A stretch of DNA of 64,000 nt from Patescibacteria group bacterium (GCA_035510735.1 DATKGN010000013.1:192596-256595), one strand, 5' to 3'; counted from the stretch's first letter, positions 43,786 through 53,934 are shown. The notes: generated by a model not told the origin, from the letters alone. Numbers and translations: made by a program.

Positions 43786-45693
43786 TTACGATGTCTTCGC
43801 GTACGCGCCTGTGATGGGTCTTGCTACCTTTTCGTAATCCTTTTCCGATAACGCGATTGATTTATTATGCAGTCCTGCATTGAATGCAACCCGCGTATTT
43901 GTGGCTAAACCGTTTTCCATATAAATCGGTATACCGAAAATATGCCCGAACGGCGGTACAGCCCCGATTGGAACCGATGTTACGGTAAGTACTTCATCCG
44001 GCGTCGCCATACGGAGGTCCCGTACGTCAAATAATTTTTTAAATACCTTCATGTCAACTTTTTGATCTCCCGCGATAACCACCATGACCGGTTTCCCATC
44101 GGCAAACATAACAAGCGCTTTGGCTCCCATGTGAGGATCAGTATTTCTGATTTTCGCCGCTTCCTCACTTGTGGTCACCGGCTCGTGTTCATAGGCTTCA
44201 TATTGAATCTTATTCGCTTCAAGCAAATCGACTATCTCTTTATAGACGGCGTCACCCCCCCTGGGACCCGTCTTCTTCAAAACCGTAATGCCGACTTCAT
44301 TTAATTGCTCTTCAGTTGCTTCACTCGGGGCATCCATAACGCTCGTTTGCCCGGAAGCGCTTGCCGGAAATGCCATAACTTCCCGAATACTGAGCTCTCC
44401 TAACACGGTAAATAAAAACCGGTCAACTCCGGGAGCAATCCCTCCATGCGGCGGTACTCCATAGGTGAAAGCAGTGAGCATATGCTCAAATTGGCTCTTT
44501 TGAGCCGCACTAAATCCGATGAGATCAAACACTTTCTCCTGTATTTCCCGCTTATGAATTCTTATGCTGCCCCCTCCGACCTCATAACCGTTCAGAATCA
44601 TATCATGTTGCAATCCACGGACTTTGGTCGGATCCGTATCAAGGAGCGCGATATCATCAGGATGTGGCGCGGTAAACATATGATGAGAAGGTGCAAATTT
44701 GGCGCTTCCCGACCCATGATAGAAATCCGCCTCCGACTGCTCGGTAAAAAGCGGAAAATCTACCGTCCAGGAAAAAGCTAGTTCGTTAGGATCATTTTTA
44801 TTTTTCCGTAAGTCCGGTTTGTCCGTCCCGTATTTCGCAATTGCCTCTTTGTGCGGAATTCTCGGCCAGGGAGTCTGTGATATATGTTTTTCGGGAAATA
44901 ATTTCGTCACTAATTTTGTAAACAGGTCTTCCGCAAGCCGGATAATATCTTCCTGCGTCACAAATGACATTTCAATATCAAGCTGGGTAAACTCACCGTA
45001 CGCACGGTCTTTTCTTGGGTCCTCATCGCGGAAACATCGGGCAATCTGAAAATACCGTTCCAAACCCGCTACCATCAATAACTGCTTATACTGTTGGGGC
45101 GATTGCGGGAGCGCATAAAATTTACCTTTTTGAAGCCTCGAGGGGACGATAAAATCCCGTGCTCCTTCCGGTGTCGTTTTCGTTAACATCGGTGTTTCCA
45201 CCTCTATAAAATCAAGAGCGGTTAGGTAATTTCTGATAAACGTGGTCGCCTGAGAGCGGACACGAAGATTCCGCGTCATTCTGGGACGTCTGATATCCAG
45301 GTAGCGGTATTTCAGCCTGGTTTCTTCGTTAATATCGAGTCCGTCCGTATCAATAGGGAACGGCAGTTCTCTTGCTTTATTGATAATGAGCATTTTTTTC
45401 ACTTCAATCTCAATTGCTCCTGTAGTCAGTTTCGCGTTCACCATGTTATCCGGCCGTTTTTTGACGACACCAACGACCTCTACCACATCCTCAGGCCGCG
45501 CATCGGCAAGTTCCTTAGAGGATACCATCTGGACGATCCCTGTGCGGTCACGAAGATCCAAAAACATGATTTTCCCGTGATCACGGCGGTTATTTATCCA
45601 ACCCTGAAGGAGGACTTCTTTTCTGATAAGATCAGTTGTTTTTATTATAAGAGTTCTCTCCATACCTGACTCCATCATAACAAATAACCTCAA
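43786..45693 (-). CDS. aspS: aspartate--tRNA ligase fused to C-terminal YbaK/ProX-type deacylase-like domain
   Basis: AspRS motifs FLDLRDRTG, QSPQQYKQLLMVAG, FRDED, GGGSIRIH, GIAPGVDRFL...REVMAFP, with no GAD insertion. After about residue 480 comes a roughly 150-aa domain matching the YbaK/tRNA_edit pattern (KALVMF...VMVVIAGDQKVDMKVFKKL...GAVPPFG). It is one uninterrupted ORF. Confidence 0.85.
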   Translation of the reverse strand: MRLFVMMESGMERTLIIKTTDLIRKEVLLQGWINNRRDHGKIMFLDLRDRTGIVQMVSSKELADARPEDVVEVVGVVKKRPDNMVNAKLTTGAIEIEVKKMLIINKARELPFPIDTDGLDINEETRLKYRYLDIRRPRMTRNLRVRSQATTFIRNYLTALDFIEVETPMLTKTTPEGARDFIVPSRLQKGKFYALPQSPQQYKQLLMVAGLERYFQIARCFRDEDPRKDRAYGEFTQLDIEMSFVTQEDIIRLAEDLFTKLVTKLFPEKHISQTPWPRIPHKEAIAKYGTDKPDLRKNKNDPNELAFSWTVDFPLFTEQSEADFYHGSGSAKFAPSHHMFTAPHPDDIALLDTDPTKVRGLQHDMILNGYEVGGGSIRIHKREIQEKVFDLIGFSAAQKSQFEHMLTAFTYGVPPHGGIAPGVDRFLFTVLGELSIREVMAFPASASGQTSVMDAPSEATEEQLNEVGITVLKKTGPRGGDAVYKEIVDLLEANKIQYEAYEHEPVTTSEEAAKIRNTDPHMGAKALVMFADGKPVMVVIAGDQKVDMKVFKKLFDVRDLRMATPDEVLTVTSVPIGAVPPFGHIFGIPIYMENGLATNTRVAFNAGLHNKSIALSEKDYEKVARPITGAYAKTS

Positions 45694-45828
45694 TGAACTA
45701 TATTATCACACGGATTACCCTGTTTGTTGAAGTAATTACTATTGACAACGTATTGTAATATATATTACAATTAAGCCTATAATTCATATATGAACCCAAC
45801 CAACCGTATTATTGTCCAACTTATTACA

Positions 45829-45909
45829 CTCCTTACGAAAGGAGAGGTCGCGTGGTGAAATAACGTTACATTTTTTCTCACGAGACCTCCTTCAATAGGA
45901 GGTTTTTTT
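45829..45909 (+). promoter_or_regulatory. leader with alternative hairpins and an intrinsic terminator that sequesters the RBS of CDS 45910..46176
   Basis: CTCCTTacgaAAGGAG (45829-45844); GGAGAGGTCGCGTG (45839-45854) can pair with CACGAGACCTCC (45878-45889); terminator ACCTCCTtcaatAGGAGGT plus TTTTTTT (45884-45909) ends at the ATG. Confidence 0.45.
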
Positions 45910-46176
45910 ATGCCCTGCACAGAAATAGTTATCGCTACTGAAAAATTATCTGATAAATTTGACCCGAACGATCCATGCACTCTCAAAATGGAGGAAAAAC
46001 TGTTATCGTTGAATATTTTCGGTGGTCGAATTCAGGGTGTCAAACCAATAGAAAACAGGGCCGGTGGAACCTTGCCCCCAAATAGCGGACACAAAACAAT
46101 TGAAGGCCATGATCTCATTATTGCCCCGGAAGGATCACACACCATTGTTGTCCTGGGAGAGGTCGGTAAAAAATAA
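45910..46176 (+). CDS. small hypothetical protein (88 aa)
   Basis: Strong RBS AGGAGG 8 nt upstream of the ATG; MPCTEIVIATEKLSDKFDPNDPCTLKMEE... Confidence 0.45.
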   Translation: MPCTEIVIATEKLSDKFDPNDPCTLKMEEKLLSLNIFGGRIQGVKPIENRAGGTLPPNSGHKTIEGHDLIIAPEGSHTIVVLGEVGKK

Positions 46177-46179
46177 GTG

Positions 46180-47832
46180 CTACACCACTTTTATATCTTT
46201 AATCTTTAACTGTAATCTCGTGCTTCCATTCCAGGTGTTCATATCGATGGAATAGGCAATATCGATGGGTTTATCAGGCCGGAGTGACGGATAGACCTTG
46301 CCTAAACCGAATGCTATCGCATCGACAATGACTCCCGCCTGTCTGAGTTTTAATTTCATATGTTTCCCTTCGGCGCCAACCAGCCGGCTATCGACGACCT
46401 CAACTCCTGTTGATGAGAATAACGGCTCGGGATTGCCGAAACCGAACGGCTCAAATTCCTGTATCGCCCGCCATAGATCCTCCGTGGCGTTTGATAAAGG
46501 CAAAGCGACATCAATGGGAAGAACACGTAGTAATTGTTCTTCGCCTAACTCTTTCTCTGCAAGTTCACTAAGACGCCGCTCCAATGCATCAAGATTTTTT
46601 GTTTCGACAGTAAATCCCGCAGCCATTGGATGGCCTCCTACGTCAACAAGAATGTCGCTGCAACTCCTGATCGCGTCAACAATATTGAATCCGGTAATCG
46701 ACCGCGCAGACGCTTTTGAATAGATTTCGCCGACTGACAAGACGATAGACGGGCGGTAATATTCCTCAACAAGTCTCCCTGCAACCAATCCGATAATCCC
46801 GGGATTGTAACTTTCGTGTGCGATAAACAATAACTTCTTTACATTCCCTGATGCATCTTTTTGCACCAATCCCTTTGCATGAGCCGACGTATCAACGGTC
46901 AGTTGCTGGCGTTCTTTATTTGTAAGACTCAGTTTTCGCGCTAATAGCATCGCCTTATCTTCCCGGTTTGTGCACATAAGTCGAAGTGCATCCATCGCGT
47001 GAACCAATCTCCCCATAGCATTAATCCTCGGGGCTATGACATGGGAAATATCAAATGTTGAAAGCTCGCCCTTCGTCAATCCTGCGTCGGATATGAGCGC
47101 AGTGAGCCCGATACGTTTTGTTTTATTGAGCACTGCCAATCCGAATTTTGTTATAGACCGATTCGCACCGATTAAAGGAACGAGATCTGCAATCGTCCCG
47201 ATGGTCGCAAGGGCTAATAATTCATCGTGATGCGCGGGATCCAGTTCTTTTGCCACGAACCATGAGACCCCTGCTCCGCAGAGACTCGTCGTGTGAACGG
47301 TTACGCAGTCGGGAAGTTTTTTGGGTTTCATGTGATGATCGGTGACGACAACATCAATTCCCAGAGACTTTGCGTACTCTACCTTGTCGTAAGCAGAAAT
47401 TCCGTGATCGACGGTGACGATGAGCGACGGCGTATATTGTTTAAAAACGCTGTCTATCCCCTTTTTCGACAAACCATATCCTTCCTCAGCCCTATCGGGA
47501 ATATACGGCATAACGTTTCCGCCGAGTTTATGAATCGTTTCCCACATGATGGCACCCGCTGTAATCCCGTCTGCATCATAGTCCGCATACACAATAATCG
47601 ACTCATGCAAGCGTATCGCCTTATTAATCCGTTTCACCGCTTTTGCAAGTGATGAGAAACTGATGTCAACGTCTTTTGCAGTTAAATCATACGGATTTTT
47701 CGGATGAAGATACTCTTCAATTTCTTTTTTTGTCTTTAATCCGCGGTTTAAGAGTAAAACCGAGATAATATCGCGGACGCTTAACGGTGACAACGTTGAT
47801 TTCGGTGTATAGCGTATCTGCCACTTCTTCAT
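46180..47832 (-). CDS. recJ: single-stranded-DNA-specific exonuclease RecJ
   Basis: DHH motifs YADYDADGITAGAI, VDHGISA, DVVVTDHH, followed by a DHHA1 domain. Confidence 0.9.
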   Translation of the reverse strand: MKKWQIRYTPKSTLSPLSVRDIISVLLLNRGLKTKKEIEEYLHPKNPYDLTAKDVDISFSSLAKAVKRINKAIRLHESIIVYADYDADGITAGAIMWETIHKLGGNVMPYIPDRAEEGYGLSKKGIDSVFKQYTPSLIVTVDHGISAYDKVEYAKSLGIDVVVTDHHMKPKKLPDCVTVHTTSLCGAGVSWFVAKELDPAHHDELLALATIGTIADLVPLIGANRSITKFGLAVLNKTKRIGLTALISDAGLTKGELSTFDISHVIAPRINAMGRLVHAMDALRLMCTNREDKAMLLARKLSLTNKERQQLTVDTSAHAKGLVQKDASGNVKKLLFIAHESYNPGIIGLVAGRLVEEYYRPSIVLSVGEIYSKASARSITGFNIVDAIRSCSDILVDVGGHPMAAGFTVETKNLDALERRLSELAEKELGEEQLLRVLPIDVALPLSNATEDLWRAIQEFEPFGFGNPEPLFSSTGVEVVDSRLVGAEGKHMKLKLRQAGVIVDAIAFGLGKVYPSLRPDKPIDIAYSIDMNTWNGSTRLQLKIKDIKVV

Positions 47833-47859
47833 GAGTCATATGATATCATAGGGGCAGCT

Positions 47860-49209
47860 ATGATAAAGCTCCCAAAACAAGCACAATCCATCATTGATGA
47901 GGTGAAAAAAAACGGTTTTGATGCTTATGCAATCGGCGGGTCCGTCCGCGATTTACTCATGGACCGGCCGACGAAAGGTTGGGATTTTACGACAAATGCA
48001 ACTCCCGAAGATCTCTTGCGCATTTTCCCGGACAGTTTTTATGATAATCAGTTCGGTACGGTAGGGATTAAGATGCGGGATACCGATGAAACAGTAACGG
48101 ACGTTTACGAAATCACGACATATCGTAGCGAAGAAGGATATAAAGACCACCGCCATCCTGACAAGATTAGCTGGGGCAAAACATTGGCAGGTGACTTGGG
48201 CCGGCGCGATTTTACGATCAATGCAATTGCCTGTGACGGACAAAAAATAGTGGACCCGTATGACGGTCAAAAAGATTTAAAGGATAAAATAATCCGTACG
48301 GTCGGGAACCCGGACGATCGCTTCAAAGAGGACGCTCTCCGTATGATGCGCGCTATCCGTCAGGCGAGCGAGCTCGGATTCATGATTGACCCGATGACCC
48401 TTGCAGCGATCAAAAAAAACGCAGTTCTCCTCAAGGAAATATCAATTGAACGCATCCGCGATGAGTTATTGAAACTGCTTGCATCTTCGTATGCAGCAGA
48501 CGGAATTCTGCTCCTTAAAAGTAGCGGACTTCTCACATTCATCATCCCCGAACTTATCCCTGCATTTGACGTGCAGCAAAAAAGCCCGAAGCGCCATCAC
48601 ATTTACGACGTGGGCACTCATTGTGTCATGGCCATGAAATACTGCCCGTCAAAAGACCCGATCATTCGACTGGCGACACTCCTTCATGACATCGGCAAGG
48701 TACATACATTTAAGAAAGATGATACCGGATTAATCACCTTTTATAACCATGAGGTTGTGGGTGCAAGAATCGCGAGAAGTATTTGTTACCGCCTAAAACT
48801 CTCTAAAAAACAAATAGATAAAGTCGTAACACTTATTCGATGGCATCAGTTCAGCGTAGACGAACGACAGACAGACAGCGCCATACGAAGAATCATTCGC
48901 CATGTCGAAAAAGAAAATCTCGATGACATGCTCGCCCTCCGGATCGGAGACCGGCTCGGCGGCGGAGCGCAAGAAACTTCATGGCGCCTGGAACTTTTTA
49001 AAAAACGCCTTATCGACGTCCAAAAACAGCCCTTCAGCGTCACTGATCTTAAAATTAATGGTTTTGATGTCATGAAAACACTCGGCGTTAAACCCGGTCC
49101 TGTTATCGGGAAACTCTTAAACCAGCTGTTTGCCGAAGTGGAAGCCGGGACGCTCCAAAATGAACGGGAAGCATTACTGTCTCGTCTTAAACAACTCATT
49201 TTCAATTAA
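47860..49209 (+). CDS. cca: CCA tRNA nucleotidyltransferase (PolyA_pol head + HD domain)
   Basis: AYAIGGSVRDLLMDRPTKGWDFTT, RRDFTINAIA, HD motif LLHDIGK. Confidence 0.85.
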   Translation: MIKLPKQAQSIIDEVKKNGFDAYAIGGSVRDLLMDRPTKGWDFTTNATPEDLLRIFPDSFYDNQFGTVGIKMRDTDETVTDVYEITTYRSEEGYKDHRHPDKISWGKTLAGDLGRRDFTINAIACDGQKIVDPYDGQKDLKDKIIRTVGNPDDRFKEDALRMMRAIRQASELGFMIDPMTLAAIKKNAVLLKEISIERIRDELLKLLASSYAADGILLLKSSGLLTFIIPELIPAFDVQQKSPKRHHIYDVGTHCVMAMKYCPSKDPIIRLATLLHDIGKVHTFKKDDTGLITFYNHEVVGARIARSICYRLKLSKKQIDKVVTLIRWHQFSVDERQTDSAIRRIIRHVEKENLDDMLALRIGDRLGGGAQETSWRLELFKKRLIDVQKQPFSVTDLKINGFDVMKTLGVKPGPVIGKLLNQLFAEVEAGTLQNEREALLSRLKQLIFN

Positions 49210-49214
49210 GTATT

Positions 49215-49754
49215 ATGAGTGTTGATGTATTAGCAAATCAATTTCCTGGGGCAATATTAATTGATAAAAGAGAATCAATTGTTCTGCGTTCTAAAGATTT
49301 AGCAATACATATTTATCCACTAGATGCTCAACATGATATAAACGTGGTTAAACGTTTGCAAATTATACAAAATACTATGGAATCGTGTTTATCAGAGCAA
49401 CAAACAAGCATTCAATTTCCTGATGGTAGAATAGTAGCGCTTCGTGGTAACCCAATATTAAAAGCAGATCTTCTCAAGGATGGAAGGGTGTATACAGAAA
49501 GTCCGTTTATTTCTGGTCAAACTATATCCCAAATAATAAGAGCTATCCCTTCAAACCATTGGTTATCTGATGAACTTGTTTCAGTTGGAGAAATCGGCGT
49601 ACTCGAACGTATAGAAAAAGCTTTGGCAGGAGCCTGTGACAAAACAATATTAGGAAGAGTAAATACTATCAGTTATAACACAAAGGCACCTAAAGAGAAT
49701 TTAATAGTTATCACCGATCCCGTAGAATTTGCTGACTCGTTATGGAATATTTAA
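49215..49754 (+). CDS. hypothetical protein (179 aa, AT-rich)
   Basis: ORF immediately after cca; no motif recognised. Confidence 0.4.
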   Translation: MSVDVLANQFPGAILIDKRESIVLRSKDLAIHIYPLDAQHDINVVKRLQIIQNTMESCLSEQQTSIQFPDGRIVALRGNPILKADLLKDGRVYTESPFISGQTISQIIRAIPSNHWLSDELVSVGEIGVLERIEKALAGACDKTILGRVNTISYNTKAPKENLIVITDPVEFADSLWNI

Positions 49755-49799
49755 AGTATTTTGAAGTTAAATACCCTAATGGTTTCTATCGACAAATAA

Positions 49800-50672
49800 T
49801 TACTTTTTTCTCTTTTCCCACCGATCCCAAAGAATAAGAATCGGAGTCGCAATAAAATCCGAGGAGTATGTCCCTGATATGGTGCCGATGAGAAGTGCGA
49901 AGATAAACCACCGGACGGTCTCCCCCCCCATAAGAACCAGCGCCAACAGCATGAAAATAATGGTGAGTGAATTGGCAAGCGACCTTCCAACGGTTTGCGT
50001 AAGCGCCTTATCACACAACTGGTCAAACGGCAGCCGGTCACCGCGCTTCAGCATTTCGCGGATGCGGTCAAACACGACAATGGTATCGTGCACCGAAAAG
50101 CTCATGGTCGTCAAAAATGCCGTTACAAATAATGTATCGACTTCTATGTGCAAAAAGTGTCCGAGTAATGAAAAAGTCCCCAAAACAACGAGAAGATCAT
50201 GGATAAGGGCAAGAATTGCAGCTACGCCGAATTTAATATTCTTAAATGCATACGCAACATACGACAGCATTGCGATAATTGCGACAATCGCCGCCATCAC
50301 GGTTTTTTGCAACAGCTCTTTCCCTAAAACCGGACCGACGGTATCGTTCCTTACAATTTCCGGCTTTTCAGGACTGGAGGTAATCGCATTTTCCAGTTTC
50401 GCAAGTTCGGCGTTTGAAACAGGCTTCAAACGCACTAAATAATTATTGCCGGTTGAAAATTGGATGTTCGCCGCAATAATTTTTTGCCCTGATAATATAT
50501 TTTCAACAACAGATTGCGGCACATTCGATTTATAATGCAGTTCGATTAACGTGCCGCCCGTAAAATCCACTGCAGGCAATAATCCAAACCGGAGTAGTGC
50601 AAAAGTACCCGGAACGAGTACAAGGGCGGATATTAAAAAATAGAGCCAGATGAATCTTGAAAAACGAATCAT
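49800..50672 (-). CDS. secF: protein translocase subunit SecF
   Basis: 290 aa, 6 TM segments, SecD/SecF conserved GPVLGKELL and FDRIRE motifs; adjacent to secD. Confidence 0.9.
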   Translation of the reverse strand: MIRFSRFIWLYFLISALVLVPGTFALLRFGLLPAVDFTGGTLIELHYKSNVPQSVVENILSGQKIIAANIQFSTGNNYLVRLKPVSNAELAKLENAITSSPEKPEIVRNDTVGPVLGKELLQKTVMAAIVAIIAMLSYVAYAFKNIKFGVAAILALIHDLLVVLGTFSLLGHFLHIEVDTLFVTAFLTTMSFSVHDTIVVFDRIREMLKRGDRLPFDQLCDKALTQTVGRSLANSLTIIFMLLALVLMGGETVRWFIFALLIGTISGTYSSDFIATPILILWDRWEKRKK

Positions 50673-50688
50673 ATGTTTTGAAAATTAT

Positions 50689-52110
50689 TTATGCGTCTTC
50701 GGATTTTTTCTTATCCTTTTCTTTATAGAGAACCCGTAAAAACGTCCTCGTTACGATTATACCGGTAAACAAGCTCGTCACGACACCGATAAATAATGTG
50801 ACGGCAAATCCGCGCACCATTCCGGAACTCGGAAGAAACTGCCAGTTACCGGGGTTAAATAACACCGCGCAGGTGATCATGGTAGTGATGTTCGCATCCC
50901 GGATACTGTCCCACGCCCTTCCGAATCCTAACTCCAATGCGACTCTCCAGGGTTTACCCAATCGTTTTTCTTCTTTAAAACGTTCAAAAATCAGAATATT
51001 GCTGTCCACAGCCATACCGATCGACAAAAGAAATCCTGCAACCCCAGGGAGCGTCAACGTTATCGGAATCCACCGGTAAATCGCAAAATTGAGTAAACCG
51101 TACAAAATAAGCGCCATGTCGGCAAACAGTCCGAGCCACTCGTATTTCGCTATCATAAACGCGGCAACGATAAGTAAGCCAATTCCCCCAGCGCGAATAC
51201 TTTGGATAACCGATTCCTGCCCTAAGGTAGCGCCAACAGTCTGCTTTTCTACAACAGTGACCGGTACGGGCAATGCGCCGGCATTAAGTTGCAATGCAAG
51301 CGTTTTCGCCGCATCCTGCGTAAAACTGCCCGTAATGACGGCCTTTCCATCACTAATCTCGGTATTTACCCTCGGCCAGGTAACCGGAAAATCATCTAAG
51401 AATATCGCAAGAGGTTTCCCGATGAGCCGTTTGGTGATAGCATCAAATTTAGCCCCGCCGGCACTATTAAATTCCAGGGAGACTTCAGGTTCACCGGTTT
51501 GGGAACTAAAATCCATGAGCGCCCGGGTAAGATCTTTACCGGTTAAACCGGTCGATTTCGTATTGTCCAAGGTCGGAATGAGAAACGCCGACGTCGATGA
51601 TTCCTGATAATTCGTGAATTCGCGGAATTCCAATTGAGCTGTTTGTCCGATAAGCGCTATCGCACGGTTCACATCGGTCACTCCGGGTAGTTCAACAAGT
51701 ATGCGGTATGAATCCTTATTTTGTGCCGACTGAACGATTGGCTCGGAAACACCAAAAAGATTGACCCGCCGCTCAATCACCTGTTTTGCAGAATCAAGTG
51801 CTGACGTGCGATCCGCGGGCTTTATGTCCTTCATATTTGCTTCCAGCGTTACATTCGCGCCCCCGGATAAATCCAAACCCAATTGGGTTTTGAAGTCTTT
51901 ATTGACAGCCATCCCGAATAAGGAAAAATGAATAGATAATGGGTTAACGATACGGTCAACGGAAACCGGTCCAACGCGAAACTTCAGATGATAATTTTCC
52001 GGTAAATCAATCGCTATAAGGAGAAGCGCTAATAGGATGAGAATAATAAATACTCTACGCGGCGTTTTAAACATATCACTGATAGTATAAATACATGACG
52101 TTTGAAACAA
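50689..52110 (-). CDS. secD: protein translocase subunit SecD
   Basis: 473 aa, large periplasmic loop then 6 TM segments; LGLDLSGG, IVVEKQTVGATLG, FERFKEE. Confidence 0.9.
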   Translation of the reverse strand: MFQTSCIYTISDMFKTPRRVFIILILLALLLIAIDLPENYHLKFRVGPVSVDRIVNPLSIHFSLFGMAVNKDFKTQLGLDLSGGANVTLEANMKDIKPADRTSALDSAKQVIERRVNLFGVSEPIVQSAQNKDSYRILVELPGVTDVNRAIALIGQTAQLEFREFTNYQESSTSAFLIPTLDNTKSTGLTGKDLTRALMDFSSQTGEPEVSLEFNSAGGAKFDAITKRLIGKPLAIFLDDFPVTWPRVNTEISDGKAVITGSFTQDAAKTLALQLNAGALPVPVTVVEKQTVGATLGQESVIQSIRAGGIGLLIVAAFMIAKYEWLGLFADMALILYGLLNFAIYRWIPITLTLPGVAGFLLSIGMAVDSNILIFERFKEEKRLGKPWRVALELGFGRAWDSIRDANITTMITCAVLFNPGNWQFLPSSGMVRGFAVTLFIGVVTSLFTGIIVTRTFLRVLYKEKDKKKSEDA

Positions 52111-52129
52111 TTACCGATTATGAAGATTG

Positions 52130-52711
52130 TCAGCTTACCAGATCCTCTTCATCTCCAACAATCATAATCCGTGAACCCCCGACAACCGATAATACAAACG
52201 GATCCCTTCGAGATTTTCTGAAACTGAATTCTTCTTCCGTCATCACCGTATAATTGATTTCCCGCTCACGACGAGCTTCTTCCGCTTTAATGATATGGGA
52301 AAGCTCCGGTAACACAACATTCCCAACAACTAATAAGTCAACGTCTGTTTGTGATTTTTTCTCCAACCCTCTCAGATATCGCCCTGAGACCATGACGAAT
52401 TTGAGTTTTCCTAATTTTGCCCGCTGCTTGATAATATCTGCTCCCAAACCTGACGCCTTACCAATAAGCTCCATAAGCTCATAATACAAAGGGTAGTCTT
52501 TTCGGAATGAATAAAACAGCCTATTAGCCCGCTGCTCTTTTGAAACCATCCCCGCAGCTTCCATGTGGGCAAGCTCTCGCCTGACCGCATTTATCTCTTC
52601 GTCAACTTTGCGGACGATATCGCGTACATGGAAAATTGTACCCGGGTGGCTGAGGAATAAGGTGAGAATTTTTACACGAACCCTGGAAATGATAATATCT
52701 TCAAGCATCAT
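52130..52711 (-). CDS. winged-HTH domain protein with C-terminal NTase-like region (putative regulator)
   Basis: ArsR-like wHTH SRVRVKILTLFLSHPGTIFHVRDIVRKV...RRELAHMEAAGMV, then DVDLLVVGNV. The start was chosen at MMLEDI. Confidence 0.4.
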   Translation of the reverse strand: MMLEDIIISRVRVKILTLFLSHPGTIFHVRDIVRKVDEEINAVRRELAHMEAAGMVSKEQRANRLFYSFRKDYPLYYELMELIGKASGLGADIIKQRAKLGKLKFVMVSGRYLRGLEKKSQTDVDLLVVGNVVLPELSHIIKAEEARREREINYTVMTEEEFSFRKSRRDPFVLSVVGGSRIMIVGDEEDLVS

Positions 52712-52743
52712 ACAAGCCTCCCAGGGCAGGCAACCATTATACG

Positions 52744-53934
52744 TTAATAGGTTACGGGTGTCCCCGTCGGCAGCATTTCTATCCAAATTTGACCGCGATT
52801 GAAACTCACTTCTTTACCGGTCAGATCATAAAATACAGTTCGGGCGTCCCGTGTCGTTTTTCGCCACGTAACTTTTATCACCTTACCGTCCTGAAACAAT
52901 AACCCGTTTCCAACGCCGATATTATTGTATAAAAGGTGACCATGTTCATCGACCGGTCCTGTCTCAGCCGCAAACAATATAACAACATCGTGTGCAGTCA
53001 GTTGCTTCTTTGTCTCTAAATCAATGTGTGGTGCACCGCCATTAAACCGTTTGTACGTATCGGATGCACGGTCAAAATCCCACCTCACACCATACTCGCT
53101 CTCGTAGCCCTTCCACGCGACGAAACTTGCTGAAAAAGATGCCGCCCGATCTGATAACGCTGCATCATCTTTAAACTTCCACGAGCGGAAATCTTTATCC
53201 CACGCCACGTTATCATTGTTGGCGTCAACATTTGTCCAACCGCGGGTAGCTGCAAGGCTAATGAGTTTATCCGTCGAACACGTCATCGTATGCTCTGTTG
53301 CAACGGGATGATCAAGACGGTCATAGTTTCGATAACACGTAGGGAATGATATTCCGAATTGGTCCATATCTTTAATGCCGTATTGGCCAATCTGGCAAAG
53401 CGCTTTCGCCCGCGGATCAACAGTCGGATCACTACAAACGCCTGCCCCACCGACATGATTATATAACGCGTCATATTCAAGAACCCAAGGGAGGAAAAAT
53501 GTCCGAGCGCTTCGGACCGGTGCAGCATTGACATTTCGGACCGCAATACCACAATAAAACACTGCCATAAACCGGGTTATACCGCCCTCTGCAACTGACT
53601 CATAGATGACGTCGGCATACGAGAGACCCGATTGCGGTCTCGCATCTGTATGATTTTCTATCATGATGGCGAGAGGCCTGCGTTTCAACCAAATATCCTT
53701 TTCCTGCGTTGTATAGAACTGACCGTTAAGAGGACACGCTTCTGTTTTCGGAACTGACGGGTCAATAACAAAATGCGCCTGACTATCATTTGCGACCGTT
53801 GATGAAATAGTCATCGAAGGAAGCGGTTGTTTTTTCGGAGCAAATAGGCTGAATCCGGCAAACGATAAACCGGTCGAGATAAGGTATAAGGCAATTCCCA
53901 CAAATGTTGTTGCTATATATTGTTGTTTGTTCAT
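52744..53934 (-). CDS. DUF3048 domain protein (YerB-like lipoprotein)
   Basis: RPLAIMIENHTDARPQSGLSYADVIYESVAEGGITRFMAVF is the hallmark DUF3048 block; N-terminal TM segment. Confidence 0.7.
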   Translation of the reverse strand: MNKQQYIATTFVGIALYLISTGLSFAGFSLFAPKKQPLPSMTISSTVANDSQAHFVIDPSVPKTEACPLNGQFYTTQEKDIWLKRRPLAIMIENHTDARPQSGLSYADVIYESVAEGGITRFMAVFYCGIAVRNVNAAPVRSARTFFLPWVLEYDALYNHVGGAGVCSDPTVDPRAKALCQIGQYGIKDMDQFGISFPTCYRNYDRLDHPVATEHTMTCSTDKLISLAATRGWTNVDANNDNVAWDKDFRSWKFKDDAALSDRAASFSASFVAWKGYESEYGVRWDFDRASDTYKRFNGGAPHIDLETKKQLTAHDVVILFAAETGPVDEHGHLLYNNIGVGNGLLFQDGKVIKVTWRKTTRDARTVFYDLTGKEVSFNRGQIWIEMLPTGTPVTY

